Notes: generated from the sequence alone by a model not told the origin. Numbered from the stretch's first letter, positions 19,430-30,927 are shown. The stretch is 64,000 nt of DNA from Desulfobacterales bacterium (GCA_016209225.1 JACQWO010000069.1:4172-68171), one strand, 5' to 3'. A program made the numbers and translations.

Positions 19430-20347
19430 TCACTCTTCAGAAATATCTCCCAGGGCAGTTTCCACCATTGAAGGATCTACATGGACAATCAACAGGCCGA
19501 GGTCCTGGAAGCCTTCGGTAAGGCATGCTTCCACCTCCTTTGCGATTCGATGACCCTCAGCCACAGTCAGATTCTTGTCCACCACCACGTGGATTTCTAC
19601 TTGATAACGCCCGCCGGAGGTGCGAACCTTTAAATCATGAACATCAATGACACCTTCCACACGACAGGCGCAGCGCCTGATCCCGTCCACGATTTCGGAA
19701 TTGGGGGCCTTGTCTGTAAACTCGCGTACAGAGTCCCGCAGGATTTCTAAACCCACCTTAAGTATAAAAAACGAGACCACAAGGGCCGCATATGCATCAA
19801 GGATGTGCCAGCCTGGTTTGATCATGGCTCCTCCCACTCCTATCAGCACCGCCACAGATGACAGGGCATCTGAACGATGTTCCAAGGCATTGGCTATAAC
19901 TGCGGCACTCTTGATCTGTTTTCCAACATGGATTGTGTAGCGGTAGAGAGTCTCCTTAATGGCGATGGAAAGCCCTGCCGCTCCTATGGCTAGCCAGGTG
20001 GGGTGATGCTCGGTATGGTGGTAGATATTTAAAGTGGCTTCTATGCCTATATAAACCGAAGTGCCCACGAGCCCCAGGCCAATAATCGAAGATGACAGGG
20101 TCTCAAACCTGGCATGTCCAAAGTGGTGATCTTTATCAGAGGTTTTGCGCCCTGCCGTTAAGCCAAACAGCACCACAAAATCGGTTACAAGATCTGATGC
20201 AGAATGGGCTGCGTCAGCAATGAGTGCCTGACTGTGGCCGAACAGACCTGAAAAAAACTTGAGGGCGATCAAGAACAGATTGACCAGAATACCGATATAA
20301 GTAATCCTGTAGCCAGAATGGACTTGTGAATGACCTGGTTCTGACAT
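19430..20347 (-). CDS. Cation diffusion facilitator (FieF-like); alternative start 20401
   Basis: SQALIADAAHSASD, HHFGHARFE, HRSDALSS, C-terminal HDLKVR...HVDP. Confidence 0.92.
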   Translation of the reverse strand: MSEPGHSQVHSGYRITYIGILVNLFLIALKFFSGLFGHSQALIADAAHSASDLVTDFVVLFGLTAGRKTSDKDHHFGHARFETLSSSIIGLGLVGTSVYIGIEATLNIYHHTEHHPTWLAIGAAGLSIAIKETLYRYTIHVGKQIKSAAVIANALEHRSDALSSVAVLIGVGGAMIKPGWHILDAYAALVVSFFILKVGLEILRDSVREFTDKAPNSEIVDGIRRCACRVEGVIDVHDLKVRTSGGRYQVEIHVVVDKNLTVAEGHRIAKEVEACLTEGFQDLGLLIVHVDPSMVETALGDISEE

Positions 20348-20576
20348 CTCTATTTGATGCCTTTCTTTCCTGTCTGACTTTGCGTTGGGCACAGCCTGCA
20401 TCTTCTTTAGTGCAAAGGGTATACTTAATTATCAGGCCGTTTATCCATAGTATCAAATTATCACATTCTAGACGACAGCCATATCGTATGTCAACAACTG
20501 AATATCACAAATCGTTACTCAGTGGGAACTTTGAAAAAGTATCCCCTTACAACGGATGACTGACACTATGAAAATT

Positions 20577-21770
20577 TCAGGAGAGGTGATGATCCTGTAA
20601 CAGGATAGGTGGTGAATGGCGAACACGCATGAGGAGAACGGATGCTGCAGCAGCGAAGCCTGCACCGGTTAAAAAGGCAGCAGGCACACCAAAAAACTGC
20701 CAGATGAACCCGAAGATCAGGCTGGCAGGCAATGCCCCAAGACCGATTGTGCCGTGGTAATATCCAAAGGCAGTACCTCGAAGATGTCCTGGAGCGAGGT
20801 TAGCCACTAATGCCCTCTCAACAGGTTCTGTAAGTCCAAAATAGACGCCATAAGCAAGAAAGATGACAATGAGCATTCCGGGAGAATCTGCTAGAGCAAA
20901 AGCTAAATAGATCACGGCATACACAATCCACCCAAAAAGAATCATGGTGCGGTGACCAATTCTATCTGAGAGACGTCCACCGATATAGGTGGAAAGCATC
21001 TTGATCACATGGTGCATAGACCAGAGCGCCCCAACCCATGCAGCGGGGACACCGGCATCTGAAAGGCGAAGAAGGAGAAAAGCGTCGGTGGAGTTTCCCA
21101 GGGTGAAAACCAGCAGCGCGGTAAGCAGATACTTGAAGTCTCTGCCCAATTCCTGCCAATGCCCTGACAATCCTGATGGCTGAGGGTTTTGTTTGAGAGG
21201 GATACGGGGTTCCTTAACCCCTGCCATCAGGATAATAATGACCACAGCGGCAGGGATAGCTGAGAGAAGAAATACATGGCGAAGGGAAAGGTATCCAAAC
21301 GCAAGAAGCCCTGCTGCAACCAGAGGCCCGACCACAGCCCCGGCATGATCCATAGATCGGTGAAATCCGTAGGCCGATCCCCTATGGGCTATATCCGTTG
21401 TGTCAGCAATCAACGCATCCCTGGGCGATGTCCTGAGACCCTTGCCCACACGGTCTATAAATCTCATGACCAGCACAAACGGCCAGATCGTTGCCAGGCC
21501 AATAAGGGGTCGAACCAGACCGGAAAGGCCATATCCTGCAAGGATGAGAGGCTTCCTGTGACGCATCCGGTCGGTCCATATTCCGGAGGCCACCTTCAAG
21601 AGGGATGCTGTGGACTCGGCTATTCCCTCGATAACCCCCAGCGTCATGGCTCCCGCTCCCAGCACCGTGGAAAGAAAGATGGGGAGTAACGGATAGACCA
21701 TTTCGCTCGACAGATCGGTGAAGAAGCTGACAAGCCCCAGAAAAAAAACGGTTTTGGAGATACCTTTCAT
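20577..21770 (-). CDS. MFS transporter
   Basis: About 12 hydrophobic segments; GIWTDRMRHRK and GRLSDRIGHR motif A, DRVGKGLRTSPRDALIAD. Confidence 0.92.
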   Translation of the reverse strand: MKGISKTVFFLGLVSFFTDLSSEMVYPLLPIFLSTVLGAGAMTLGVIEGIAESTASLLKVASGIWTDRMRHRKPLILAGYGLSGLVRPLIGLATIWPFVLVMRFIDRVGKGLRTSPRDALIADTTDIAHRGSAYGFHRSMDHAGAVVGPLVAAGLLAFGYLSLRHVFLLSAIPAAVVIIILMAGVKEPRIPLKQNPQPSGLSGHWQELGRDFKYLLTALLVFTLGNSTDAFLLLRLSDAGVPAAWVGALWSMHHVIKMLSTYIGGRLSDRIGHRTMILFGWIVYAVIYLAFALADSPGMLIVIFLAYGVYFGLTEPVERALVANLAPGHLRGTAFGYYHGTIGLGALPASLIFGFIWQFFGVPAAFLTGAGFAAAASVLLMRVRHSPPILLQDHHLS

Positions 21771-21827
21771 TCGCCTTGGTAGTGTAAATATTTATGTAAT
21801 TTCTAAAATAATAGGAAAAGGCGCTTT

Positions 21828-22616
21828 TCAAAAGTGAAACGCTGCCATTACTCCTACTCCATTTGGAATAGCGGCTGGAGTTACAACTATCTTTGGTCTC
21901 TTTGTTCCCGTTTTGTCCATACTGGCAACTGCCAGATATGCCATCCACCAGCCCAATGCTGCCTGGGAAAAATAGTGAGCATTATCGTTTATCCTTGATA
22001 TCCCACCTAGAGCCGATGCAAAGTAGAGACCGTACTTATAGTATGGATTATCTGTCATTTTAGCAGCCGTGATGAAAGGGACAGCCCCATTAAAACTGTG
22101 TCCACTCACCCCATTGTTATCACTAAAGGGGCTCCAGCCTGAGCCGCCTTCATCCGGTCTCGGAGCTCCAAGTGCTCTTTGTAGGAAAAGCGCTGGAGGA
22201 GCCCCTACAAGGAGCGTTCTTAAGCACCTTTTTCCCCATTCACCAGTTGTGGAACTCAATTCTACATCCCCGGCAAACTCTCCAAAAAGGGCAGCCCCTA
22301 AATATACAGGGATGGTTATTACCCCCTCTCCAAACATCCTTGTGACTGTTGAAAGGTTGTCAGTATCTTTGTTCCTTACTGATTCTTGATACCGATCCTG
22401 AATTTCCCTATCTGCCGATGTATTGGCCAATACTCCAGCCGCCCCCAGCCCTATTGCCAATTTTTCCAGATTCCCTATAGAATAAAAGTTCTTATAGTCT
22501 TCATATATGGTATTCTTTACCCTGTCCTCCCAACTATCTTTCCCTTCCTCTGTCCAGGCAATAGACGGGAGAATTAACAGAATCATAACCAAAAATACTA
22601 CTCTTAGACTTTTCAT
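21828..22616 (-). CDS. PAP2-family phosphatase, exported/membrane
   Basis: Signal-like N-terminus; GAPRP, VSGHSF and SRINDNAHY PAP2 motifs. Confidence 0.8.
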   Translation of the reverse strand: MKSLRVVFLVMILLILPSIAWTEEGKDSWEDRVKNTIYEDYKNFYSIGNLEKLAIGLGAAGVLANTSADREIQDRYQESVRNKDTDNLSTVTRMFGEGVITIPVYLGAALFGEFAGDVELSSTTGEWGKRCLRTLLVGAPPALFLQRALGAPRPDEGGSGWSPFSDNNGVSGHSFNGAVPFITAAKMTDNPYYKYGLYFASALGGISRINDNAHYFSQAALGWWMAYLAVASMDKTGTKRPKIVVTPAAIPNGVGVMAAFHF

Positions 22617-22620
22617 TTCA

Positions 22621-25600
22621 TTACCTACCTTTCTTCTCAAATCGCCCATAACGCAATGTAAGGGTCGGAAGCACTAAAAGATTTAAAACCGTTGAGGTCG
22701 CAAGACCGCCGAGAATCACCATTGCCATAGGACCTTCAATTTCACGACCTGGCGCTCCGCTCCCGATAGCCAGCGGCAGCAGCCCCAGCCCGGTAACCAG
22801 AGCGGTCATAAGAATCGGGGCAAGTCGCTCTGAAGCTCCTCTAATAGCCGCTTCATGCCCCCAGAGCATTCCCTCCACATTGACAAGGTGGCCATAGTGA
22901 GAAATCATCATGATGGAATTGCGCAGCGTAATGCCAAAGAGAGTTACAAAACCGACCAGAGAACCGATGGAAAGCCCCCCGCCCGAAGCAAACACGGCGA
23001 GCACACCGCCTACCAGCGCAAAGGGGAGGTTTGCCATAATCAAAAGCAAGTTGCGGGAGTTGCCGACTACAATAGACAAGAGCATGATAAGACCAATGCC
23101 TGCCAATAGAGAATGTACTATGAGGTCTCGTGTAGACTGAGCCTGGGCTGCGGCAGCGCCGCTAAATTCGGCATAGGTTCCGGAAGGGAAGGAGACGGTT
23201 GAGAGCAACTGTTTTTTTGCCTTGCTGACAAAGGAATTAATATCACGCCCTGTCACATTGCAGGTCACCGTTTGTACACGTCGGGCGCTATTGTGCAGAA
23301 CCACATAGCGCCCTGAGGTTTCATAAATATCAGCAAGTTGCCGCAATGATATATATGTTCCTGCAGGATTACGCAAAGGCAATAACCCGACACGGGCAAT
23401 ATTTTTCCGATCTTTCGGGTCGAGGATCACCGATACCCCAAAGACCCGATTCCCCTCATAGATTTGGCTGACTACATCCCCATCGTAAGCGGTGCGTACT
23501 GCGTCAAGGACATCAACCGGATTAAAGCCCCAGCGAATAAGGTCATCATTCCGCAGGTAAATCACAAGGTACGGGGTTCCTGGTGGCGATTGGACCTGCA
23601 CATCGGCAGCCCCTGGGATTTTTCCTAAAACCCGTGCGATCTCTTGAGCCTTTTTATCCAGTATGTCGAGTTCATTTCCGAAAATATTGATAACAACAGA
23701 AGCTGTATATCCGGAGAGCGTTTCCTCTACACGTTCAGTCAGAAAGGTTTTGACAGCGAAATTGACACCGGGGAACCGAGTCAACACATTGCGTATCTCC
23801 AATCGTGCCAGCTCAGCCTGCTTCTCTTTAAGCGGCTTGAGATCTACTTCAAACTCGCCGTCATGGGTTCCAAAGATATCATCCGCTTTTTCCGCCCTGC
23901 CCACCCGCTGGGCAACAGATCGTACATAGGGCAGCTTCAGGAGTTCGAGGCTGACATGGCGTCCCAACCGCAATGACTCCTGCAGCGAGGTGCCGGGCAC
24001 CGCTGCCATATGAACAATGAAATGCCCTTCCTCAAGCTCCGGCAGAAACCCTCCTCCTAAGAAGGGCAATACCGCAAGCCCGGCTACTGCAAAAAACACT
24101 ACGCCGGCGATTACTATGCGATGTCTCCGCTCTATTTGTACAAGCAAGGAACTATATTTCACTTTCAACCATTGCACAACAGGAGGTTCCTTGAAAGTAC
24201 GCTGACCAAGAAACACAAAACATAATGCAGGGGTTACCGTAAGAGCAACCAACAGGGAAGCGAGCGTTGCTATAATATAGGCGATTCCGAGCGGCGCAAA
24301 CAGTCTCCCTGCCACGCCCGACATGGTCAATACCGGAATAAAGACCAGTGCCACCGCAAAAGTCGCGTACACTACAGCATGTCTTACTTCAATCGAGGCA
24401 TCAAGGACAACTTGAAAGACGGGCTGCGGATTCTCTCCTAAGCGGTTCTCACGCAGTCGCCGTAAAATGTTTTCTACATCAATGATAGCGTCATCTACGA
24501 CCATCCCTACCGCAATGGCGAGGCCCCCCAGTGTCATTGTGTTAAGGCTGAAACCCAGGCGTTCTATCGCCATTACCCCGGCCAGCAACGACAAAGGGAT
24601 TGCTGTCATAGAGATGGCCGTTGTTCTGAAGTTGAATAAAAAAAGAAACAATACGGCAATTACTAGAAATGCACCGATGAGCAAAGACGACCGGATATTG
24701 CGAATGGCTGTCCGGATAAAGTTGGCGGGCAGGAAGAGGTCTGAATGAAGAACAATTCCTTGTGCGCTTAAAGCAGGATTAAGTTCTTGCAACGCCTGCT
24801 TAACGTTTCGGGTCACCTGAAGGGTATTTGCTCCATACTGTTCGGAAATCATCAACATTATACCCGGCTGTCCCATAATTGTGGCGGCGCCGGCAGGCGG
24901 TTCAGGCGCATTTACTACTCTCGCCACATTGCCGAGGGTTATAGCATCACCGTTCTGGTATGTGAGGACAGTCTTGGCAAGTTGCTGAGGAGTGAGGACT
25001 TGCCCCTCGGTATGAAGAACGATGTGTTGATTGTCATTGTCGATGAAACCGGCTCCCCGGATACCTGTGGCATTTCGGGCAGCTGCGACTACATCATTGA
25101 TTGCCAGGTTATATTGTATCAGGCGGTCGGGCTGAACCTGAATCTGAAGCTGTCTTGTCTCACCACCGAATACCACAACCTTGGCAACGCCGGGAACAGC
25201 GAGAAGACGCTGTTTGACCGTCCAATCGGCAATGGTACGGAGGTCCATCAGGGAAAGCCTTCCAGAAGTTAACCCTATCGCTAACATAATGCTCGTGGAA
25301 GATGTCAAGGGGGTCATGACCGGCGCAGACACTCCCTGCGGCAATTGACCGGCCAGTGCAGCAAGTCGTTCAGCTATCATCTGGCGGTCAAGGTAGATGT
25401 CGCTCCTTGGACTAAAAGTCACCGTGACAACTGACAGTCCCTGAATCGAGCCGGAACGAAGCGATTCGATTCCTGCCACGCCGTTAATAGCATTTTCTAT
25501 AGGCTGTGTGATAAGCACTTCAACCTGTTCAGGACTAAGCCCTGGAGCCTCTGTCTGGATGACTACCTGTGGTGGAGCAAACTCAGGGAAGACATCATAT

Positions 25601-25704
25601 TTGGCCTGTGAGAGTGTGTAAAGACCATAGCCCGCGAGTATGCATGACAGTGCAATAATGACCCCACGGAAGCGGAGCGAAAATCTTACAATTGCTGTCA
25701 GCAT
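22621..25704 (-). CDS. CusA/CzcA-family heavy-metal RND permease
   Basis: DVFPEFAPPQVVIQTEAPGLSPEQVE, GMVVDDAIIDVEN, ERLAPILMTAL. Confidence 0.95.
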   Translation of the reverse strand: MLTAIVRFSLRFRGVIIALSCILAGYGLYTLSQAKYDVFPEFAPPQVVIQTEAPGLSPEQVEVLITQPIENAINGVAGIESLRSGSIQGLSVVTVTFSPRSDIYLDRQMIAERLAALAGQLPQGVSAPVMTPLTSSTSIMLAIGLTSGRLSLMDLRTIADWTVKQRLLAVPGVAKVVVFGGETRQLQIQVQPDRLIQYNLAINDVVAAARNATGIRGAGFIDNDNQHIVLHTEGQVLTPQQLAKTVLTYQNGDAITLGNVARVVNAPEPPAGAATIMGQPGIMLMISEQYGANTLQVTRNVKQALQELNPALSAQGIVLHSDLFLPANFIRTAIRNIRSSLLIGAFLVIAVLFLFLFNFRTTAISMTAIPLSLLAGVMAIERLGFSLNTMTLGGLAIAVGMVVDDAIIDVENILRRLRENRLGENPQPVFQVVLDASIEVRHAVVYATFAVALVFIPVLTMSGVAGRLFAPLGIAYIIATLASLLVALTVTPALCFVFLGQRTFKEPPVVQWLKVKYSSLLVQIERRHRIVIAGVVFFAVAGLAVLPFLGGGFLPELEEGHFIVHMAAVPGTSLQESLRLGRHVSLELLKLPYVRSVAQRVGRAEKADDIFGTHDGEFEVDLKPLKEKQAELARLEIRNVLTRFPGVNFAVKTFLTERVEETLSGYTASVVINIFGNELDILDKKAQEIARVLGKIPGAADVQVQSPPGTPYLVIYLRNDDLIRWGFNPVDVLDAVRTAYDGDVVSQIYEGNRVFGVSVILDPKDRKNIARVGLLPLRNPAGTYISLRQLADIYETSGRYVVLHNSARRVQTVTCNVTGRDINSFVSKAKKQLLSTVSFPSGTYAEFSGAAAAQAQSTRDLIVHSLLAGIGLIMLLSIVVGNSRNLLLIMANLPFALVGGVLAVFASGGGLSIGSLVGFVTLFGITLRNSIMMISHYGHLVNVEGMLWGHEAAIRGASERLAPILMTALVTGLGLLPLAIGSGAPGREIEGPMAMVILGGLATSTVLNLLVLPTLTLRYGRFEKKGR

Positions 25705-25706
25705 AC

Positions 25707-26753
25707 CTAATCCCCAATCTGAATCTGTGAACGAAATTCTTCAGACATGAGCAATTGCGAACCTCTTACCACGATTCGGTCGCCTGCTGTGATGCCTTTC
25801 AATACAAACCATCCATCTTTAACAGGTGTTTCTGTAGAAATTTCGCTGCGAATAAATTGGCCGGTTCCCTTTTGCACATAGACCCATGCCTTCCCCTGCC
25901 GCCAGACAACCGCCGGGGCAGGGACCACAACCCCTTGATATCGGGAGCCTGCCGGCAAATAAGCAATTATATTCATTCCTGGAAGAAAGCCTTGCTGTGT
26001 GGAAGTAATATAGAAGAAACTCATTCTCTGAATGCGGGGGTCCATACGTGGGGATGGAGAGACAAGTTTAGCTGATGAGAGATTACCATTAGTAGTCTGA
26101 ACCAGTGCGGTTTGGGGCGCTGACTTAAGAGGTATGTCTTGAGGGAGTACGATTTGAATCAGGACATCCTGTTGTTGTCTCAGCCGGTTAAAGACCGGGG
26201 ATTTCTCAACCAGCCATCCGGCAATAACAGCGCCCCACCTCTGCCGTACAGCCACATTTATAGTATGCAGGGCTTCCTGTGCAGCATGCGCGTCGGCTTC
26301 ATTTGAGCGCCACGCCGCCTCGGCAGCCTGGAATGTCTTGTCGGAAACATTCCGGTTGTTTTCATGGAGGGGCTTTAGTCGTTCATATTCCCTTTGGGAG
26401 GCGTCGAGGCTTGCCGTTGCTTTTCCCACCTGCGCCTTTCCAGCGACATAAGAATTGTACAGGTCAAACAAGTCCCTCAACTCCATAACCGTCCCGTATG
26501 CCTTGAGTTCTTCCTGGTGTGAAACCGGCTGGAGAGGAGCCACAGCGATCCCGCTTTTGATCTCTTCATTCCTGCTGAGTGTTACAACGCTCTCACCATC
26601 CAGGATTGACACACGCGATGGGGTCTTGACAGGCTGTTCCAGCTCTTGCTCTTTTGCTAATTCCTTGCGTCCTCCCAGAAATGCCCAGATTAGAAGGGCT
26701 CCCACGACTGTGAGAACAATAATGACAAGTAATGATTTCTTATGGAGTTTCAT
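25707..26753 (-). CDS. RND periplasmic adaptor (MFP)
   Basis: N-terminal TM, coiled-coil hairpin, LPGM..VVPAPAVV..GDRIVVRG; lies between OMF and RND genes. Confidence 0.88.
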   Translation of the reverse strand: MKLHKKSLLVIIVLTVVGALLIWAFLGGRKELAKEQELEQPVKTPSRVSILDGESVVTLSRNEEIKSGIAVAPLQPVSHQEELKAYGTVMELRDLFDLYNSYVAGKAQVGKATASLDASQREYERLKPLHENNRNVSDKTFQAAEAAWRSNEADAHAAQEALHTINVAVRQRWGAVIAGWLVEKSPVFNRLRQQQDVLIQIVLPQDIPLKSAPQTALVQTTNGNLSSAKLVSPSPRMDPRIQRMSFFYITSTQQGFLPGMNIIAYLPAGSRYQGVVVPAPAVVWRQGKAWVYVQKGTGQFIRSEISTETPVKDGWFVLKGITAGDRIVVRGSQLLMSEEFRSQIQIGD

Positions 26754-28176
26754 TTTTGTCCGCCTCCTTTGTCCGCGGATTCTTTTCAGGTACCACGGGG
26801 AAAGATTTTAATGGTTGGAGAGGACGTTGCACAGCATCCTCGAGCAAGCTCAGGGATTGCTGTGAATTTGCCAATGCATCCAATCGCAAAAGTTTGATGG
26901 AGTGAAATTCTGATTGGTTGCTGAGAAGGGAGAGTCTGTCTTCTTCTCCTGCATTGAACATCGCCTGTATGGATTGGAGTTGTTTTTTCATGGTTGATTG
27001 CAGGAAATCAGCCGTTTCTAACTTTTGAAGGGCTGCGTGGTAGCCTGTAAACGCCCGGTCGATCTCGCCTATAACTCTGGACTGAAGGGCTACAAATCTG
27101 CTTTCAGCCTCTTTCCGCCGAGCCTCAGCCTCAGCAATAGGGCCCTGATTACGATTAAAAATCGGCAATGAAATGGAAAATCCGAGAGACCACTTGTTAT
27201 TTCCCTGATCCCATGAGTAACCAGGACCTATGTGAATATCCGGGTATTGCCTTGCGATTTCGAGCTGCAAAGCTGCCTCACTGGCAGCGTACTCTGAGAG
27301 GGCACCCAGGATATCCGGTCGATTGAGTAATGCCTGGCGGCGAGCAACCTGCAAAGGAATATCCACGGCAGAGGGAAGCTGTTCTGTAAAATCAAAGGAA
27401 ATGTGGACATCATTGAGGGCATTTACAGGTAAACCCAGGGCATCGGCAACCTGCACACGTGCCTCGGCATTCTCTTTTTGCGCCTCACGCAGAGAAAGGC
27501 GTGTCTGGATAAGGGGAATATGTACCTGGGTTACATCAGGCTGTGATGCCTCTCCAAAGGCTAATCGTTGTTCCAGAAGCCTCACAATCTCTTCTTGAAC
27601 CTTCTGTTGGTTCTGCAAAAGGGTCTCTGCTAGCTCTGCTCTATAAAGGTTGAGGAGACTCTTTCTCATACGGCTCCTCACCTGCCATACCACCGTTGCA
27701 ATATTCAGACGGGCTGCCTCAGAAAGATGTTTAGCCTTAGCTATACGATAACCACGCTTATCGGCAGTCTCTATAGAGATGTCAAGGTTAAATCCGAGGG
27801 TCCATGGAGAAAGCCCACCAGCGGTATCGGCATTGTATTGAGGCGTAAATCCAATACGAGGATTAGGACGTCCACCAGCCGAAATTATCCCTGCCTTTGC
27901 AACCCTCCATTGGGCACGCGCCACATCCAGATCAGGATGATAGTAAAAGGCAACAAGGGTGAGTATCTCAAAATCCCATGATCCTGGAGGCCATATCGTT
28001 ATCTTATGTTGGAGGTTCTTCTCCACAAATTCTTTGAGACCAATGTTGGACAGCGTGCGGGATTCAAAGGCCGAAGCTGTCTGGTCAGGAGCAATAGGCT
28101 TCGGATGAAAGGTGGCACATCCGACCATCATTATAAGAGTAACGACCAGAACAAGTATCTTTGCAGTGCATCTCAT
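26740..28176 (-). CDS. TolC/CusC/CzcC-family outer-membrane factor (lipoprotein)
   Basis: Lipobox MVGC; HPDLDVARA, RPNP, RPDI, SLPIFNRNQG repeats. Confidence 0.9.
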   Translation of the reverse strand: MRCTAKILVLVVTLIMMVGCATFHPKPIAPDQTASAFESRTLSNIGLKEFVEKNLQHKITIWPPGSWDFEILTLVAFYYHPDLDVARAQWRVAKAGIISAGGRPNPRIGFTPQYNADTAGGLSPWTLGFNLDISIETADKRGYRIAKAKHLSEAARLNIATVVWQVRSRMRKSLLNLYRAELAETLLQNQQKVQEEIVRLLEQRLAFGEASQPDVTQVHIPLIQTRLSLREAQKENAEARVQVADALGLPVNALNDVHISFDFTEQLPSAVDIPLQVARRQALLNRPDILGALSEYAASEAALQLEIARQYPDIHIGPGYSWDQGNNKWSLGFSISLPIFNRNQGPIAEAEARRKEAESRFVALQSRVIGEIDRAFTGYHAALQKLETADFLQSTMKKQLQSIQAMFNAGEEDRLSLLSNQSEFHSIKLLRLDALANSQQSLSLLEDAVQRPLQPLKSFPVVPEKNPRTKEADKNETP

Positions 28177-28210
28177 GAGTATAAAATACCAAATAGATAC
28201 AGACAGGACA

Positions 28211-28240
28211 ATGACAGGAAGATTACAATTCTGTAATCTT
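28211..28240. promoter_or_regulatory. CusR/CopR-type box upstream of the efflux operon
   Basis: Palindrome AAGATTACA-ATTC-TGTAATCTT (28219-28240) plus an ATGACA half-site 11 bp from ATTACA. Confidence 0.65.
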
Positions 28241-28243
28241 TGT

Positions 28244-29704
28244 TCAGTTGGCTGATGGAAATCTCAAGGTGACTGTTGAGCCTTTATTGGGTTCACTTTG
28301 AATTACCACTGTGCCGCCATGCATGTCCATGATGGACTTGACAATGGCGAAGCCCAGTCCTGTCCCCTTAGGATATTGGGAGCGTGAACGGTCATCCCTG
28401 TAGAAGCGGTCAAAGATTCTTGCAAGATGTTCTGGCTCAATACCTGAACCTGTGTCGCTTACGCTCACTTCAACGGACTGGTCATCTGAGGACTGTTTAA
28501 CAGAAATGGTAATCCTTCCTCTTTGCGGGGTATATTGAAGGGCATTGGAAAGCAAGTTACTTATTGCCCGCCGAAACAGGATTGGATCCGCCTTTAATAG
28601 CCCATTCCCGTGACAGGTAATCTCGATCCCTTGCTCCTCAGCTATAACATTGTGAAATTCCCGAACTGATTCAATTTCTTTGAGGGTGTCAAATAACACT
28701 CTTTCAATTTTAGCCTCCGCGCTTTCAGCACGGGCCAGAAAAAGGAGGCTGTCTATCATGTGAGACAGCCTGGTATATTCTTCAAGGCTTGATTCAAGAA
28801 CCTGCCTGTATTCCTCTGGTGTTCTAGCTCTGGAGAGAGCAACCTCAGCTTCACCCATGAGGTTATTGATTGGTGTGCGTAATTCGTGAGCCAGGTCTGC
28901 CGAAAATTGGGAGAGCCGGATAAAAGAGTCTTCGAGACGTTCAAGCATATTGTCAAAGGCAGTGGCTAATGAGACCAATTCCCTTGGCCATTGCATCATA
29001 CCGATTCGTTCATTAAGACGGGTTGAGGTTATCCGTTGAACAGTCTCTGTGATTTCTTCGAGGGGTTGCATCCCTTTTTTAGCAACGAGAAAGCCTGCGG
29101 CGGCAGAGCACAATATTCCTAAAATGAGCACAAAGGATAGCTTTCGACGATACTCTGCAATAAGAGTATTTTCAGGTGATACATCCAATGCTGCCTGGAG
29201 GAGTTGCTTTTTTCCGTTAAGGTGGCCAACCTCTGCCCATGCAGCCATCAGGAGGTATGTCCTGCCATCACGCGACCTCTGTTTTATTCCATTCTTAGGG
29301 TTTTCTGTCACACCGGATGGAGCCGGGAATAATGATACGGGAATGATATTGCCCATTCCAGGCGTCTCAATTAGGGTGTGTTTTCCTTCATCCAGAACCC
29401 TGGCGTAGTATTTGGTAAACCGTAGAGCGGCTCCCTCCCATTTTACTTCCTCCTCTAATGCCCCCAAATTATCAGGACGTTCCTGTAAAATAACGCGTAG
29501 AACTTGAATCTTATTGACAATGAACTGATTGTCTTCTTTTTCCAGATTATTTATAAGCACCCAGTATAAAGAAACAGTAGCGATGACGAGTATTCCAGAG
29601 GCTGATAAGGTATATAAAAAGGTTAACCGTCGTGTAATTGACCAATAGTTTAAGTTCAACCTATCCTTATGCTCTATTGTGTTTTCATCGCTCTTCGAGG
29701 ACAT
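28244..29704 (-). CDS. Heavy-metal sensor histidine kinase (CusS-like)
   Basis: Two TMs, [40 protein letters not shown]. Confidence 0.93.
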   Translation of the reverse strand: MSSKSDENTIEHKDRLNLNYWSITRRLTFLYTLSASGILVIATVSLYWVLINNLEKEDNQFIVNKIQVLRVILQERPDNLGALEEEVKWEGAALRFTKYYARVLDEGKHTLIETPGMGNIIPVSLFPAPSGVTENPKNGIKQRSRDGRTYLLMAAWAEVGHLNGKKQLLQAALDVSPENTLIAEYRRKLSFVLILGILCSAAAGFLVAKKGMQPLEEITETVQRITSTRLNERIGMMQWPRELVSLATAFDNMLERLEDSFIRLSQFSADLAHELRTPINNLMGEAEVALSRARTPEEYRQVLESSLEEYTRLSHMIDSLLFLARAESAEAKIERVLFDTLKEIESVREFHNVIAEEQGIEITCHGNGLLKADPILFRRAISNLLSNALQYTPQRGRITISVKQSSDDQSVEVSVSDTGSGIEPEHLARIFDRFYRDDRSRSQYPKGTGLGFAIVKSIMDMHGGTVVIQSEPNKGSTVTLRFPSAN

Positions 29705-30356
29705 ATCCTACTCCGCGGATTGTATGGATTAACTTCTTTTCAAATGGGTCATCCGCTTTTCTTCTAAGTCGGCGAATAGCGACATCCACCACATTGGTAT
29801 CACTGTCAAAATTCATGTCCCAGACCTGTTCTGCGATCATTGTCCGTGACAGAACCTCCCCTGCTCGTTGGACAAGGAGCGATAGAAGGGTAAACTCCTT
29901 AGGTGTTAGGTCAAGGTGTTGTCCGCCTCTTATTGCCTTGTGTCTTAGAAGGTTGATCTCCATGTCTGCAATTCTGAGTATTTCGGGTTGTCGGGTTGGT
30001 CCTCGACGGAGGATGGCACGTACCCGTGCAAGCAATTCCGAGAAAGAGAAGGGTTTCACCAGATAGTCGTCTGCACCCAATTCCAGCCCCCTGACCCGGT
30101 CATGAACTGAATCGCGTGCCGTCAGAAAGAGGACAGGTGTCTGCTTACCACCCCGTCTTATCTCAGCGATAATTGACCATCCGTCTCGCTCCGGAAGCAT
30201 TACATCCAGGATAATAAGGTCATATTCGTGGGTTGTGGCGAAAAAGAGACCTTCATCTCCATCGTTTGTGATGTCTACAACAAAGCCGTTTTCAGTCAGT
30301 CCTTTCCGCAGGTATGCTGCTGTTTTTCGTTCGTCTTCTATGATCAAAATACGCAT
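29685..30356 (-). CDS. Heavy-metal response regulator (CusR-like, OmpR family)
   Basis: [45 protein letters not shown]. Confidence 0.95.
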   Translation of the reverse strand: MRILIIEDERKTAAYLRKGLTENGFVVDITNDGDEGLFFATTHEYDLIILDVMLPERDGWSIIAEIRRGGKQTPVLFLTARDSVHDRVRGLELGADDYLVKPFSFSELLARVRAILRRGPTRQPEILRIADMEINLLRHKAIRGGQHLDLTPKEFTLLSLLVQRAGEVLSRTMIAEQVWDMNFDSDTNVVDVAIRRLRRKADDPFEKKLIHTIRGVGYVLEER

Positions 30357-30570
30357 AATTTAGGCGGAGGCCTCCATTTATTTCTTCCTTGACAATACCC
30401 AAAAACCTTAGCCTCAGCATGGGTAAAATCTTTTCTGGTAGTGTAAAATTATACTGAAGCGAAAGGGGGGCTTTTTCAAAGCTTCTAATGATGTTGACTA
30501 GGAAGGAACCTTACTGGCAATCGATTTTGAGCCTTACTCATGGAAACACTACATGGCTCTCAGGTATAGT

Positions 30571-30927
30571 TTAATCGATAAACTCGGCAATCCTGCTGTA
30601 CTTTTGCTTGAGCTCCAAAATAACCCTATCGTAGTAGCGAATCCTGGTGATTCCTCGGATGATGAGGTATGAACCCAGAAAAAACAAAACGGCACTTATC
30701 ACCAATGCCGGCACAAACAGATGTATCACCTGGATAACGTCGTAGTATTTCGAGGTAGCTATCAGGACACTCAGCACCGAGAGAGGCAAAGCTAAAACAG
30801 CGATTCCTGTGCGCATGGCTGCCAGTGATGTCCTTTTTTCCGCCAAGAGAAGCTGAACCTCATTGATGACAACGCCTTCATTCTCAATTTCATTATTCCG
30901 TAGCAAAGATTCCTCCTTGAGTTCCAT
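30571..30927 (-). CDS. DUF202-like small membrane protein
   Basis: LLAEKRTSLAAMRTGIA followed by two TMs. Confidence 0.7.
   Translation of the reverse strand: MELKEESLLRNNEIENEGVVINEVQLLLAEKRTSLAAMRTGIAVLALPLSVLSVLIATSKYYDVIQVIHLFVPALVISAVLFFLGSYLIIRGITRIRYYDRVILELKQKYSRIAEFID

Noticed and set aside
21828-22616. PAP2 as the missing glucosyl-3-phosphoglycerate phosphatase
   Set aside because: It has an export-type N-terminus and is coupled to the metal RND operon; known GpgP enzymes are cytoplasmic HAD or histidine phosphatases.
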